64,000 nt of DNA from Ranitomeya imitator (lineage: Eukaryota), in contig NC_091288.1 of NCBI RefSeq assembly GCF_032444005.1, forward strand, positions 193,564,001 to 193,628,000, written 5' to 3'. The notes under the pieces were generated by a model. That model was not told the DNA's origin and did not search any database. It saw only the letters and a list, made by a program, of their open reading frames with translations. Shown piece after piece: positions 11,612-23,564 of this stretch; position 1 is the first letter of the stretch; every line of letters begins with the position of its first letter. Made by a program: the position numbers and the translations under genes.

Positions 11612-12569
11612 CCCCTTAATGACCACCAATACGTCTTTTAACTGACCTGAGATATAAGAGAATAGCCTCCCCATACAGGTGACAATCCAGCATCTGTCGG
11701 TTGTACACTATAGCTGACAACTTGCTGTATCAGCCACGATCAGTATTTGCACCGTCCAAATCTGTTTAACCCCTTAGATGCTGCTGTCAATAGTGACTAC
11801 ATCATTATAAATGGTCAACAGAGTGTGGGGGCTTCTTCTTTATCCCAATTGGTGCCCTTATATCATGATTTTGTTGTCCTGATGTTTGCGATGGCAATTC
11901 ATGACCAAATAGCGGCCTTAGAGTCTGACGGCTGTAGTAATCTGTTCAGAAGTTAGCAACATTTAGGTGGCAAAAATACACATTTTCATTTCTGTCATGC
12001 CACTTTGCATTAATTCCTGTAAAGCACCTGGAGGGTTAATAAACTACCTGACAGCAGTTTTCAATATGTCAGGGGGTGCTGTTTTTAAAATGGTATCACG
12101 TTTGGGGGTTTCCCAATATATGGGACCCCTAAAGTTACTTCAAACATGGATAAGTCACTAAAAAAATAAATGTGGTAAATTTCTTTGAAAAAATGAAAAA
12201 TTGCTGCTACATTTTTAAACCTCCTACAATGCTAACAAAATAAAATAACATTTTACAAATGGTGCTGATGTAAAGCAGACGTGGGAAATGTTATTTATTA
12301 ATGGTTTGCTGTTGTATGACTATCTGGATTAAAGGGATAATCATTCAAATTTAGAAAATTGCTAATTTTTTAACATTTTCCTCAAATTTTTTATATTTTT
12401 TATAAATAAACACAAAAAATGTTGAACTAAATTTACCATTATCATAAAGTATAATGTGTCACGAAAAAACAATCTCAAAATCACTGGGATTTGTTGAAGC
12501 GTTGCAGAGTTATTACCACATAAAGTGACACTGGTCAGATTTCAAAAATTTGGCTCGGTCACTAAGGGG
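11612..12569. mobile_element. Non-autonomous piggyBac-type element, copy 2 (no nested insertion)
   Basis: TTAA|CCCCTTAATGAC ... CACTAAGGGG|TTAA; 958 bp; colinear with 666-2770. Confidence 0.85.
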
Positions 12570-14589
12570 TTAATGCTCCGAACATAAATAATAACATGTT
12601 AGGTAGTATCACACATAACATTTATATCCAGGTACCTGATAAGATGACGTCGCCTCTGGAGCCGATGATCTTTTCTTCATCTTGTCCAGATCCCCATGAT
12701 GGGTTTTCTCATCCACAGCCGTCTCTGCAGACTTCCATCTTCTCCGCTCTTTTTCAGAAAATCTCCACATGACGCCCTTAACCCCTATCTGACCTTGGAC
12801 GGGATAGTACGTCCAAGGTCAGATCCCCCGTTTTGATGCAGGGCTCCGCGGTGAGCCCACATCAAAGCCGGGACATGTCAGCTGTTTTGAACAGCTGACA
12901 TGTGCCCGTAATAGGCGCGGGCAGAATCGCGATCTGCCTGCACCTATTAACTAGTTAAATGCCGCTGTCAAACACAGCGGCATTTAACTACCGCTTCCGG
13001 CCGGGCGGCCGGAAATGATGTCATCGCCGACCCCGTCACAGGATCGGGGGTCGGCGATGTGTCTCCATTGTAACCATAGAGGTCCTTGAGACCTCTATGG
13101 TTACTGATCGCCGGTGGCTGTGAGCGCCACCCTGTGGTCGGCGCTCACAGCACACCTCCATTTCTGCTACATAGCAGCGAACAGCAGATCTGTTAACAAC
13201 GTACAGACAAGGAGGCCCACAACCCGACAGGCCCTTCTGGCATTTGCCAGTCCGGCCCTGTTAGGGGCCCTGCAAATGTGACCTGTGTTCTATACTTCAA
13301 ATATTGCTCCTCCTGTTCTGAGGCCTGTGAAGTTTCTGACCACGTGAGGTATCAGCACGCTCAGAAGAAACTGGGTAACAAAGTGTGACTATTTTGTTGT
13401 ACTATCCCTTGTAAGTGTGAAAAAAAAAATTGGAGCTAAAGCAACATTTTAGAGGAAAAATTAAAAATATATATATATATTCCACTTTGCATGAATTCCA
13501 GTGTAGTACCTGAATGGTTGAGGTGCAGCTTTTAAAAATGGTATATGTTTAAGGAGTTCCAATATAGGCCCCTCAAAGTCCATGTAAATCTGAATTAGTC
13601 CCTAGAGAAAGGTTTTGTAAATTTCTTAAAAAAAAAAAAAAATTGTTTTTAGCTCCCCTCCTTCCCAGAGCCATAACTTTTATTTTTCTGCCAATATGGC
13701 CATGTGAGGACTTGTTTTTTGTGGGATGAGTTGTATTTTTGAATGACACTACTGGTTTTACCATGTTGTGTATTAGAAAACAGGAGGGGGGAGGAGGGGA
13801 GGGGAGAATTCTAAGTGCAGCGACATTGCAAAAAAAAAAAAAGTGCAATCCCACGCTTGTTTTTTGTTTGGCTTTTTTGCTAGGTACACTAAATGCTAAA
13901 ACTGACCTGCCATCCTGATTCTCCAGGTCATTAGGAATACATAAAAAAAAATAACCTAGACATGTTTGGGGTTTATCTAAGTGGTGAAAAAAAAAAAAAA
14001 AAAAAGCTAAATTCCGAGACCCATAGCGTCTCCATTTTTTGTGATCTCGGGTTGGGTGAGGGCTTATTATTTTGCGTGCCGAACTGCTGTTTTAATGATA
14101 CCATTTTTGGTGCCGATATGATTAAAAAAAATAAAGTGGTGATTGTTTTTTTTTTTATCGCCATGTCATTTAGTGATCAGGTTATTTATTTTTTAATCGA
14201 TTAGGCAATTCTGAATGCGGTGATACCAAAGGTGGAGGTTTTATTTTGAATGGGGGGGGGGGGGGCGATTTGAAAGCATTAAGCTACTTACTGGTAGCGG
14301 CATTTTTCGGAGGCCCATGACAGCACACGAGAGAGAGGGGATCCGCCCTTAAGGAACAGGAAACCTACAGATACAAAAGGGCGGCACCTCTCCCCATGCA
14401 TCAGTTGTATTTCAGAGCCTGAGAGGACTGCCGCGGTTAGTGGTACACAAATATACAATATATACATTATATACATTTGAAACAAAATAACCCATTATTG
14501 TAATAAGACACCATACGTGAGATTTACATATTACGCTATATACATATCAGGAAGTGCTACCCCCACGTGAATAGGGAGGGAACTAAGGG

Positions 14590-14672
14590 TGCTGTCATGG
14601 GCCTCCGAAAAATGCCGCTACCAGTAAGTAGCTTAATGCTTTATTCGGACTCCCATGACAGCACACGAGAGA
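14590..14672 (-). other. DIRS internal complementary region (ICR)
   Basis: 14590-14639 is complementary to the 3' terminus (14276-14325) and 14640-14672 to the 5' terminus (19860-19892), reproducing the circle junction. Confidence 0.92.
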
Positions 14673-14693
14673 TTTACAGAGATGTAAGCTACC

Positions 14694-16124
14694 TTAGGGA
14701 GGGACTATAGATTGTAGCACCCTTAACCCAAAGGAAAGATCAGAGGAGGACCCCAAATCCAACCGATAGTGTTTAAAGAAAGTGGAAGGGGATGACCATG
14801 TGGCCGCCTTACATATCTGCTCCACTGACACTCCAGACCTTTCTGCCCAGGATGACGCCATGGCCCGGGTGGAATGTGCCTTTAGGTTCTGCGGAGCTGG
14901 CCCCCCACCTGCTGTATAAGCTAGAGAGATAGTTTCCCTAATCCATTTAGCCAGTAAATATTTCGATACTCTAAATCCTTTCTTTGGACCTTGGAAGGAA
15001 AGAAGCAGTGCCCCATCCTTCTTCCAATTATCAGTAGCTGAAATATACTGAAGAAGAGATCTCCTGACGTCTAACGTATGAAGCTCCTGCTCTTTAGGAT
15101 TAGAGGGATTAGGAATAAAGGACGGCAAAACTATCTCCTGTGATCTATGGAACCGTGTCGCCACCTTTGGCAGATATGCTGGGTCTGGTCTAAGGACTAC
15201 TCTGTCTGACAAGATTTCAGTGTATGGAGGAGCTCTGGAAAGTGCCTGTATATCCCCTATCCTGCGAGCTGAGGTTATGGCGATCAGGAAGGCTGTCTTA
15301 AGTGTCAACATTTTGATCGAGGCCTCCTGCAGAGGTTCAAAGGGGGGTTTAGTTAGAGAGGACAGAACTAAATTTAAATCCCATGGAACTGTTCTGTCTT
15401 TATGCAGTGGTGTAGATCTACTAACTGCCTTCATAAACCTCGCTATCCAGTAGTTATTCGCTATATTACAGGAAAACAGGGCACCTAAAGCTGAGACCTG
15501 TACCCTAAGGGTACTAGGAGAGAGTTTCAACTCGAACCCCTTCTGTAGGAACTCTAGGATTTGTTGTACTGGCACCCCGTCTTGGATATTAAACTTTGAA
15601 CAAGACAAGAACTTTCTCCAAGTCCTAGAGTAGATTTTCGTAGTTATTTGCTTTCTACTCTTTAGGAGCGTCTCCACCAAGTTTGGAGAGAAGCCTTTCC
15701 CCACTAATAGTGACCGTTCAAACACCATGCCGTCAAATGGAGCCCCGTCACTTGTGGATGGGAGATCGGTCCCTGCGAAAGCAAGTTCGGGATCTCTGGC
15801 AGTACCCAGGGGACCGCTACAGACATTGTCTTGAGCCAGGCAAACCAGGTTCTTCTGGGCCAAAAGGGGGCGATAAGGATGACTTTCGCTCGATCCTCCC
15901 TGATTTTCCTCACCACTAGAGGTATCAGGTTCAGTGGTGGGAAAGCATAGGCTAGTGGAAAATCCCATTTTATGAGAAACGCGTCTACCGCCAGGGGATT
16001 CTCCCTGGGATTTAGGGAGCAAAAAAGTTTTACTTTTCTGTTGTTTCTGGTGGCGAATAGATCCACCACTGGTTGACCCCATCTGCGGACGACAAGATTG
16101 AAAATGTCCTCGTTGAGAGACCAC
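14694..16124 (-). CDS. DIRS tyrosine recombinase (YR)
   Basis: 476-aa ORF with TSARR, AHSTR and FFKHY catalytic motifs; overlaps the RT/RH/MT ORF by 421 nt. Confidence 0.93.
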   Translation of the reverse strand: MVSQRGHFQSCRPQMGSTSGGSIRHQKQQKSKTFLLPKSQGESPGGRRVSHKMGFSTSLCFPTTEPDTSSGEENQGGSSESHPYRPLLAQKNLVCLAQDNVCSGPLGTARDPELAFAGTDLPSTSDGAPFDGMVFERSLLVGKGFSPNLVETLLKSRKQITTKIYSRTWRKFLSCSKFNIQDGVPVQQILEFLQKGFELKLSPSTLRVQVSALGALFSCNIANNYWIARFMKAVSRSTPLHKDRTVPWDLNLVLSSLTKPPFEPLQEASIKMLTLKTAFLIAITSARRIGDIQALSRAPPYTEILSDRVVLRPDPAYLPKVATRFHRSQEIVLPSFIPNPSNPKEQELHTLDVRRSLLQYISATDNWKKDGALLLSFQGPKKGFRVSKYLLAKWIRETISLAYTAGGGPAPQNLKAHSTRAMASSWAERSGVSVEQICKAATWSSPSTFFKHYRLDLGSSSDLSFGLRVLQSIVPP

Positions 16125-17584
16125 TCTCCCTGTTTTAACACATTTCGGCTGAGGAAATCTGCTGCCACATTTTCTTTTCCTTTGATGTGAAGAGCTGTCA
16201 AAGATAGAAAATTGAGCTCTGCCACCTGGAACAACCGATCCGTGATCTGCATTAAAGTTTCGGAACGAGTTCCCCCATGCCGGTTTATGTAAGCGACCGC
16301 CACTCTGTTGTCCGACAGAATTCTGACGTGCTGGCCCTGCAGATATACGAGGAATTTTTTAACAGCCAGTTCAACCGCCAACAACTCTCTTTGATTTGAT
16401 GAAAATGTTGTGAAGGGTTCCCACTGTCCCTGGACCACCATGTCCCCCATATAGGCTCCCCACCCTGAAGAGCTGGCATCCGTGGTTATCACGTGGGTGA
16501 CATCTATCATCCAGGGAACCCCTGCTGATAAATTTTGTTTATCTAGCCACCATCTAAGGGAATTCAATGTTATCGGCCTCAATGTCAATTTTCCATTCAA
16601 TGCGCCTCCTAAGGCTCTGTCATGGAACAGGACTTCATTTTGTAGGGACCTGGTGTGGAACTGAGCCCACTTAACTGCTGGGATGCAAGATGTGAGTGAC
16701 CCAAGTAGAGACATTGCTTGCCTAAGTGTCATGGAAGGTGTATTGATTGCTCTTAATACAAAACTCTGAATTTGGTCCATTTTCTCTATAGGGAGGAGAC
16801 ACTGCTGTGTCACTGAATTCAACATTAACCCCAGGAATTTTTGAACATTTAGGGGCTGTAATTTAGATTTTTCAAAGTTTATGATCCAACCCAACCGTTC
16901 TAGTTTGGTTTTAGCAATCTCCCATTGTGACAGACAATGATCTACCGAGTTACCTACAATGAGGAAATCGTCTAAGTAGGGGACTATAAGGATATTTGAC
17001 TCTCTTAAATGCGCCATAACTTCCGCAATTATTTTAGTAAACACCCTAGGTGCCGAGGTGATCCCAAAGGGGAGCGCTCTGAATTGAAAATGTCGAATCC
17101 TACCCCCCATTAGTATCGCTACCCTCAGGTATCGTTGGAAATCAGCATGAATGGGTACATGATAGTAGGCATCTTTCAAATCCACTACTACCATGAAACA
17201 GTTGTTGAAAAGCATTTTTATTGCCGAATTGATGGACTCCATTTTGAAAGTATGTTTCACCAAAAACTTATTGAGACCCTTAAGATTTATAATGGTCCTG
17301 TAAGATTTATCAGGCTTCTGGATTAGGAACAGGGGAGAGTAAAACCCTTCCCCTGCCTGAGAATACGGCACTTCTACCAAAACATTTTTGGAACAAAGAG
17401 TCCTCACTTCCTCTTCTAGGGCGAATTGTTCAGTGGGAGATGAGCGCCAGGGTGTTAACCTAAATTTGTCCTGTGGAATATGAACAAATTCCAGCTTGAG
17501 ACCATGGGAAACAGTGTCTTTTATCCAAACGCTGTTTGTGATTTTCGACCACTCTGCCGAGAAATGCAATAGTCTCCCTCCCAC
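15704..17584 (-). CDS. DIRS reverse transcriptase / RNase H / Dam-like methyltransferase domain
   Basis: 626 aa: DLKDAY, LPFG, YLDD; RNase H TDAS...E...SDN...AD; C-terminal DLFA...YAFPP...PFW MT-like domain. Confidence 0.95.
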   Translation of the reverse strand: MGGRLLHFSAEWSKITNSVWIKDTVSHGLKLEFVHIPQDKFRLTPWRSSPTEQFALEEEVRTLCSKNVLVEVPYSQAGEGFYSPLFLIQKPDKSYRTIINLKGLNKFLVKHTFKMESINSAIKMLFNNCFMVVVDLKDAYYHVPIHADFQRYLRVAILMGGRIRHFQFRALPFGITSAPRVFTKIIAEVMAHLRESNILIVPYLDDFLIVGNSVDHCLSQWEIAKTKLERLGWIINFEKSKLQPLNVQKFLGLMLNSVTQQCLLPIEKMDQIQSFVLRAINTPSMTLRQAMSLLGSLTSCIPAVKWAQFHTRSLQNEVLFHDRALGGALNGKLTLRPITLNSLRWWLDKQNLSAGVPWMIDVTHVITTDASSSGWGAYMGDMVVQGQWEPFTTFSSNQRELLAVELAVKKFLVYLQGQHVRILSDNRVAVAYINRHGGTRSETLMQITDRLFQVAELNFLSLTALHIKGKENVAADFLSRNVLKQGEWSLNEDIFNLVVRRWGQPVVDLFATRNNRKVKLFCSLNPRENPLAVDAFLIKWDFPLAYAFPPLNLIPLVVRKIREDRAKVILIAPFWPRRTWFAWLKTMSVAVPWVLPEIPNLLSQGPISHPQVTGLHLTAWCLNGHY

Positions 17585-17596
17585 TGGAATTGCCAG

Positions 17597-18736
17597 TCAT
17601 TGGTCTTGTTTTTTATTTTCCGTCTGGTTACGGCGAAACATGAGACCTGTACCTCGCTTTCGCCTATCCTCCCATCTGGGACGATCTCTCCCTGGTGAAA
17701 AGGCTCGCTTTCCTCCCCGGTTGAACCTTCTTTTGTTGAAGGGACGACGGTATGGATTGAACAGGTTGGGAAACTTTTTCTTATCATCTCCTGCTTTCTC
17801 CAGGAGTTCATCCAGGGTAGGCCCAAATAAATATTCGCCTTTACAAGGGATAGCGCAGAGCTTCGCTTTTGCCTGCATATCCCCCGGCCAGCATTTCAGC
17901 CATAGGGCTCTCCTTGCAGCATTAGAAAGTCCTGCTGCTCTAGCTGCCAACTTTACGGAGTCAATTGAGGCGTCTGATAAAAAAGCCGCCCCCTCCTGGA
18001 TTACAGGTAATGCTGAGAGAATGGACTCTCTAGAGGCCCCTTGTTTTAATTGGGTCTCCAACTGGTCCAGCCAGACCATCATTGACCTTGCCGTGCAGGT
18101 TGAAGCTACCGCAGGTCTTAAGGAGCCAGCTGCCATCTCCCAGGTTCCCTTCAGGAAGGTATCCACTTTCCTATCCAGGGGGTCTTTAAGTGTTCCCATA
18201 TCTTCAAATGGGAGAGAAGATCGTTTAGCTACCTTGGCAATTGCTGCATCCAGCTTGGGTGCTTTCTCCCAGTTACCTACTGCTGGGTCATCAAAAGGGT
18301 ATCGGCGTTTTTGCGCAGGTGGTAAGGAGCCTTTTCTCTCAGGTTTCCTCCATTCCCTATTAATAAGATCTTGTATTTTCTCATTTAAAGGAAACACTCT
18401 GCGCTTCTTTTGCTCCAATCCACTGAACATCATTTGTTCTTTGGATAGTTGAGGCTTGGGTTCCGATATACCCATTGTGCCTCTGACCGCCTTTACCAAT
18501 TTGTCTATCCTTTCTAGGGGTAGGCAAAACCGAGCAGCGTCTTCTTCCGAAGAGGAGGATGATGCTGCTGAATTGTCTGATTCTTCGGACTTGTCCTTTT
18601 CCACAGACGAATCAGATGCCCACTCAGTTCTCTGCCTAGAACCTCCTGACTGTGAAAGGTTTTTAAAGGACTCTTTAACCTCCATTCTAATCATCTCCTT
18701 GAGACTGGCCGTAATAGAGGAGGATTCTTCGGCTAC
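17597..18736 (-). CDS. DIRS Gag-like ORF1, main exon
   Basis: 365-aa ORF from 18694, extended 14 codons upstream to the acceptor CCCCGTAG|GTA at 18737/18736; homologous to copy 2. Confidence 0.85.
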   Translation of the reverse strand, partial: VAEESSSITASLKEMIRMEVKESFKNLSQSGGSRQRTEWASDSSVEKDKSEESDNSAASSSSSEEDAARFCLPLERIDKLVKAVRGTMGISEPKPQLSKEQMMFSGLEQKKRRVFPLNEKIQDLINREWRKPERKGSLPPAQKRRYPFDDPAVGNWEKAPKLDAAIAKVAKRSSLPFEDMGTLKDPLDRKVDTFLKGTWEMAAGSLRPAVASTCTARSMMVWLDQLETQLKQGASRESILSALPVIQEGAAFLSDASIDSVKLAARAAGLSNAARRALWLKCWPGDMQAKAKLCAIPCKGEYLFGPTLDELLEKAGDDKKKFPNLFNPYRRPFNKRRFNRGGKRAFSPGRDRPRWEDRRKRGTGLMFRRNQTENKKQDQ

Positions 18737-18811
18737 CTACGGGGATAAGTAAGGTAGACTAGAGTGTAAAATCTACATGCTATACCCCCTCCCCTCCTTC
18801 CAGAACCTCAC

Positions 18812-18919
18812 CGTCTGCTGGATACAGGGGTCACATAGTTTTTTAGGGTGTGAGTCAGGCAAGGGAACCCCGCAGATGGCACATTCCCTATGCTTCGCCT
18901 TACTGACGTTTTTCCTTCC
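18812..18919 (-). CDS. DIRS ORF1 upstream exon encoding a C4 zinc-finger-like motif
   Basis: GRKNVSKAKHRECAICGVPLPDSHPKKLCDPCIQQT bounded by TTTTATGCAG| and |GTGAGG; joins the Gag exon in phase 0; conserved in copy 2 (37479-37583). Confidence 0.75.
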
Positions 18920-21301
18920 CTGCATAAAACACATGAGGGGAGACTAGTCACTAAGTGAACTTTCTCGAAGATCACTTACCAGTGGCTGCTCACACCCAGA
19001 AATACCGAAGCACGAGGGGGATCCTTTTTGACGGACCCTCCAGACCCCTGTCTGGAGGAGCTTCTGCGGCCCGAACCATCGCTCCTTTTTTCATGTTCCT
19101 TCTCCTTGGGTTTCTGGGATGCTTGTTCCAGCAGCACAACCTGCTGATCCTGATCTGAATCCATTTTCAGTAAATTGGAGCCAGAACCCGGGAACATGCT
19201 GCTGGAGCCGCCTTATAAGGCCCCTCCTTCGGTCAGCGCACCTTGCCCAGCTTGCTTGTTTAATTTTCCCGCCCCCCCGCAGCTGTGGGGAATCAATCGT
19301 CGCTCCGGAGGGATTGCGGCATGATCCCCGGTGGGCGCCGCCATCTTGGAGCCCCCGCGCATGCGCAGGAGCTCACCGATCCGGAAGACGTCGCCGGCTC
19401 CGCCCCCGACGTCACCACAGCTTACAGCGCTTCCTGTCAGCGCTGCAGCTCTCGTGGAACGCCGAGGCCGGCCAGCTACGATCCGATCGGCGCCCCCCAG
19501 ATGCCGCCGCGCTCCCCCAGATGCCGCCGCGCTCCCCCCTGCTCCAGAGAGACCCACAGCCCACGGGAAGGGCGACTTACCAGACGCTGGCCCCGGAGAC
19601 CGGACACCCCCTGGCGACCGCTCCTCGCTGCCTAGTCACCGCCGTGCCGCCCTGCCAGGGCCACCGTGACTACTTCAGGTACCCGCACCGGCCGAAGTGG
19701 GAGACCCTCTCGCCACCAGAATCGGTCCGGCCGGCCTGGACTCCTGTAGTTTCTATAGGCATCCAGTCCCTTCAGGAACAGGAAACCAACTGATGCATGG
19801 GGAGAGGTGCCGCCCTTTTGTATCTGTAGGTTTCCTGTTCCTTAAGGGCGGATCCCCTCTCTCTCGTGTGCTGTCATGGGAGTCCGAATAAATTTACCAT
19901 TTCTTAAAGCTTTTCTTTTTACCATGGAGGCTATTGTCCATGGGAGGTTAGAAGCCGGCATAGCCTGATCAGCTCTGCTACATAGGAGCGATGTGAGCAT
20001 TGCTCCGATGTAGAACTGCATTGCTATGAGCACCGACCATAGGGTGGCGCTCACAGCAATCTGGCATCAAGAACCATAGGTCTTCAGGAGACCTCTGGTT
20101 ATTATGCCAACTCATCGATGACCCCCGGTCATGTGATTGGGTCAGCGGTGTGCACATTTCCATCCCGATGGCCAGAAGCGCTTGTTAAATGCTGCTGTCA
20201 GTGTTTGACAGCAGCATTTAACTAGTTCATAGCAGCGGGTGGATCGCGATTCCGCCTGCCGCTATTGCGGGCACATGTCAGCTGTTTTGTACAGCTGACA
20301 TGTCCTGGCTTTGATGCGGGCTCATCTGCACCTCATCAAAGCAGGGGGATCTGCCATTGGTCGTACTATTCCATGCAGAGAACCAGAAGACCCCCGTCTC
20401 GTATCCACATCCTGGATGCCAATACAGTTAAAAGCAATGATTGAAGAAGAAAGCTGCCATCTCAGTGGAACAGAAGTGATGTCACCATTTTGCTCCCCTG
20501 TCCCAGACTGAAGATTTAGGGCGCTCACTGCACAGAGCCAAACAGTGAGTTTTTTTTGTGGAGCCCATTCCTCTGGACAGAAAACCATGATGGGGACCAT
20601 AGTTAAGGTATCACCATACTTTCCAGTGACATTGAGGGGTGGAAGGGGCACAGTAAGCTTCAAAGGCATTTGGAGGAAGTCACTATAAGGGTATCATCAT
20701 TTGGAGGCACCTTTGTTAGCACACTATTGGGGTAATCAAAGGCTTCAATAGGGCTTTGACCGTATTTGCCAACACTTGTGTCAGGGTGCTGCCCCTCACT
20801 GTAACACAAGATAAATGACTTAAGCAGCCAAATCAAGTTTGAGTGGGGTCCAAGATGACTTCCCCTGTAGAAAATCAGATCAAGACCTGCTCACCCCTAG
20901 TTTAGACGTGTCAGAAATGTTGCACCGTACATTGGCTGTCAACTAGTTTGGAGTCCTTGTTATTATTCAAGAATAGTGCTCAGATCTTTGAGTGTTGTGA
21001 ACTAAAGTTACAGAGCACCAATCACATTGTTTAGGCAAGCATGCATTGGAGCGGCTTAAGATGTTGTGAGAACATTGGCTGTTCACTTGTTGCATTTTCT
21101 TCTGTGCAATTGTCAAAGGATTTCCTAGCAAGCCAAGTAAAAACGATTCCTGAAGCCTCATGCACTTTTTTTCCTTGCAGATTTAGATCAGCATGTCAGT
21201 TCTTTCACACATACTAATGAATGAGTGGGGAAAGCTCTGCACAAAAAAAAACAAAAAAAAAAAACACGCTACTGATTGTACACAGCACTTTTCCTGTTTT
21301 A

Positions 21302-21616
21302 GGCTGTGTGCACATGTTGCTGTTTTTCCCGATAAAAACGCTATAAAACTGCAAAAAAAATGCATACAATAAGCATCCCATCATTTAGAATGAATTCTGC
21401 ATGTTTTGTGCACATAAAGCTTTTTTTTCAGCGGAAAAAACGCAGAATGTTGATTAATTTAGCGTGTTTTTTTTTTTGCAGATTTCCCACTACAAAATGC
21501 ATTGGGAAATGTCCGGGGGAAAAAACGCATCAAAAATGCATGCAGATTTCTTGCATAAAGTTTCAGGTTTTTCTCAGGAATTTTTTGAAAGAAATCCTGA
21601 ACGTGTGCACATAGCC
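21302..21616. mobile_element. Harbinger-type MITE
   Basis: GGCTGTGTGCACA ... TGTGCACATAGCC, TTA/TTA. Confidence 0.75.
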
Positions 21617-22049
21617 TTAAAGATGCAGAACTTTCTGCTGCACATACAATTAGGCAGGTTTTAGGTAAGCAGGTTTATTTTCAGGGGGGAAAAAATATAT
21701 ATATAATATGTAAGCTTTACAGTAGTGAAAACAGCTTAGATCTTAAGGTGTTACAGTTTGTATTTATTAGAAAGTCTGTACCATTACATTGGCTTCCCTA
21801 TACAGCAGCTGAAGGGTAAACACTTATGACCCCTGTATTACCCTCAATGCTCCTAAACTGCTTGTTAGAAAGATAAGAGCTCTGCACACATTGAGGGAGC
21901 AGTCAGATGGCTGTATGCCGATTGCATGGACTGGAAGCCCTCCCAGCAGCATGTCTCTCTATGTAGCCACAACTCAGGTCAGGAGAGCCTCCGGCCAGTC
22001 CCTGCAATGCAAGTCTGTTTAACAGCAGTCTGACTGCGCCCTAATAGTG

Positions 22050-22715
22050 ACCATTTATCACAGCCTCCAGGTCACCAATGGATTACCATCCCTAATCCCA
22101 GGTAAGGACTGATACAAAAAGAGCTGCCTGCAACATAAGTCACATTATTAGTCATCCAAGCCAATCACAACTTGATTAGGAGAAATGAACACTGATATTA
22201 TCTAGCCTTAAGAGGAAATAGTCACCAGATTCTCTATATAAGCCAAATCCTCAAGTTATAGCATCTTGATCAGTAACCTGTTCACAATTGCCCAGCTCCC
22301 CAGCATAACCAACGACCTTTTACAATACTTGTTTTATGCCAATTTCTAGCCTGTACTCCACACCTGTCCCTTCTGCCTTGATCGATGTGGCCATCTCCTA
22401 CACAATTTTAGTGTCAGGAGGTGCAGAGTAGACCAGGGACCCCCACTGAACTGATTAGCACATTAAAGAGTGTTTAAGAATACCGTGGTGGACTCTATAT
22501 AGACAAGACCTCAGATAATGTTCTCTATTGTAAACTAAATTAACTACCTTGCCATAATGGCCGCTACACACATTGAGTCAAGAGCCTTGGATCTTCATCA
22601 CTAGGCTAACCACAGACATGTCAATGGACGTTTACCTGACCCACATGTCAATCTAAAGACCATGAAGACCATTGAGGTAGTGGAAAGTTTATTTACAATG
22701 GAGTTACACTTAAAG
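22050..22715 (+). pseudogene. Possible highly decayed non-LTR (LINE) reverse-transcriptase remnant
   Basis: Only weak, frameshifted resemblance to non-LTR RT motifs (GVRQG-P-like, IEVVESFIY-GV-like). Overlaps the H3.3 3' UTR region on the opposite strand. Confidence 0.25.
22688..22693 (-). terminator. Candidate poly(A) signal of the H3.3 gene
   Basis: AATAAA on - strand ~285 nt after the stop; further candidates at 21763-21768 and 21674-21679. Confidence 0.45.
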
Positions 22716-22978
22716 ATACCAAAGTATGGAGAGAATTGAGGCATGCAGACTCTGAAGAGGGGAGGTCACAGAAGACTAGCTGTAGATACAAATTTTTCTG
22801 AAAAACCTGAGGATTGAGGGAATGTCATATAAAATGTGTACTACCCATTTACTGTCAACTACTCTACAGTTAACAAACCCTTTATAAAATAAAGAGACAC
22901 CACACTTGTGTACAGTTTGTAAAAAAAAAAAAAAAAAAAAAGAAAATTTAAGATCAAAAAACAAATTGCCCAGCAAAA

Positions 22979-23107
<129 letters not shown>

Positions 23108-23283
23108 CTAAAAATTCAAAAAATATTGAGAAGTCAATAGGCAGCAATAAACAAAAATCATAATTCTGTGTTATGGGAAAGGGGGGGGATGAGTTTGTTG
23201 CATCTTTGTTACAAAAATGGGGCAGTAACCATTTGTATACTAGTGCAAGCTTATGCATGTAATGCCATCCATGGTTTTCAATA

Positions 23284-23319
<36 letters not shown>

Positions 23320-23348
23320 CAAATATTTCCTAATTCGAGACACCATTA

Positions 23349-23561
<213 letters not shown>

Positions 23562-23564
23562 TTA

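Larger units (their letters stand above)
14276..19892 (-). mobile_element. Full-length DIRS1-like tyrosine-recombinase retrotransposon
   Basis: Identical 94-nt ITRs (14314-14407, 19787-19880), internal complementary region, three open ORFs (Gag, RT/RH/MT, YR); TTT at both junctions with no TSD. Confidence 0.96.
12782..20370. mobile_element. Long-TIR piggyBac-type non-autonomous element hosting DIRS copy 1
   Basis: TTAA|CCCCT start. 12790-13190 is imperfectly inverted-repeated at ~19960-20370; the right terminus is degenerate. Confidence 0.55.

Noticed and set aside
19119-19891. Several ORFs on both strands in the DIRS 5' region
   Set aside because: GC-rich leader; these frames do not correspond between the two DIRS copies.
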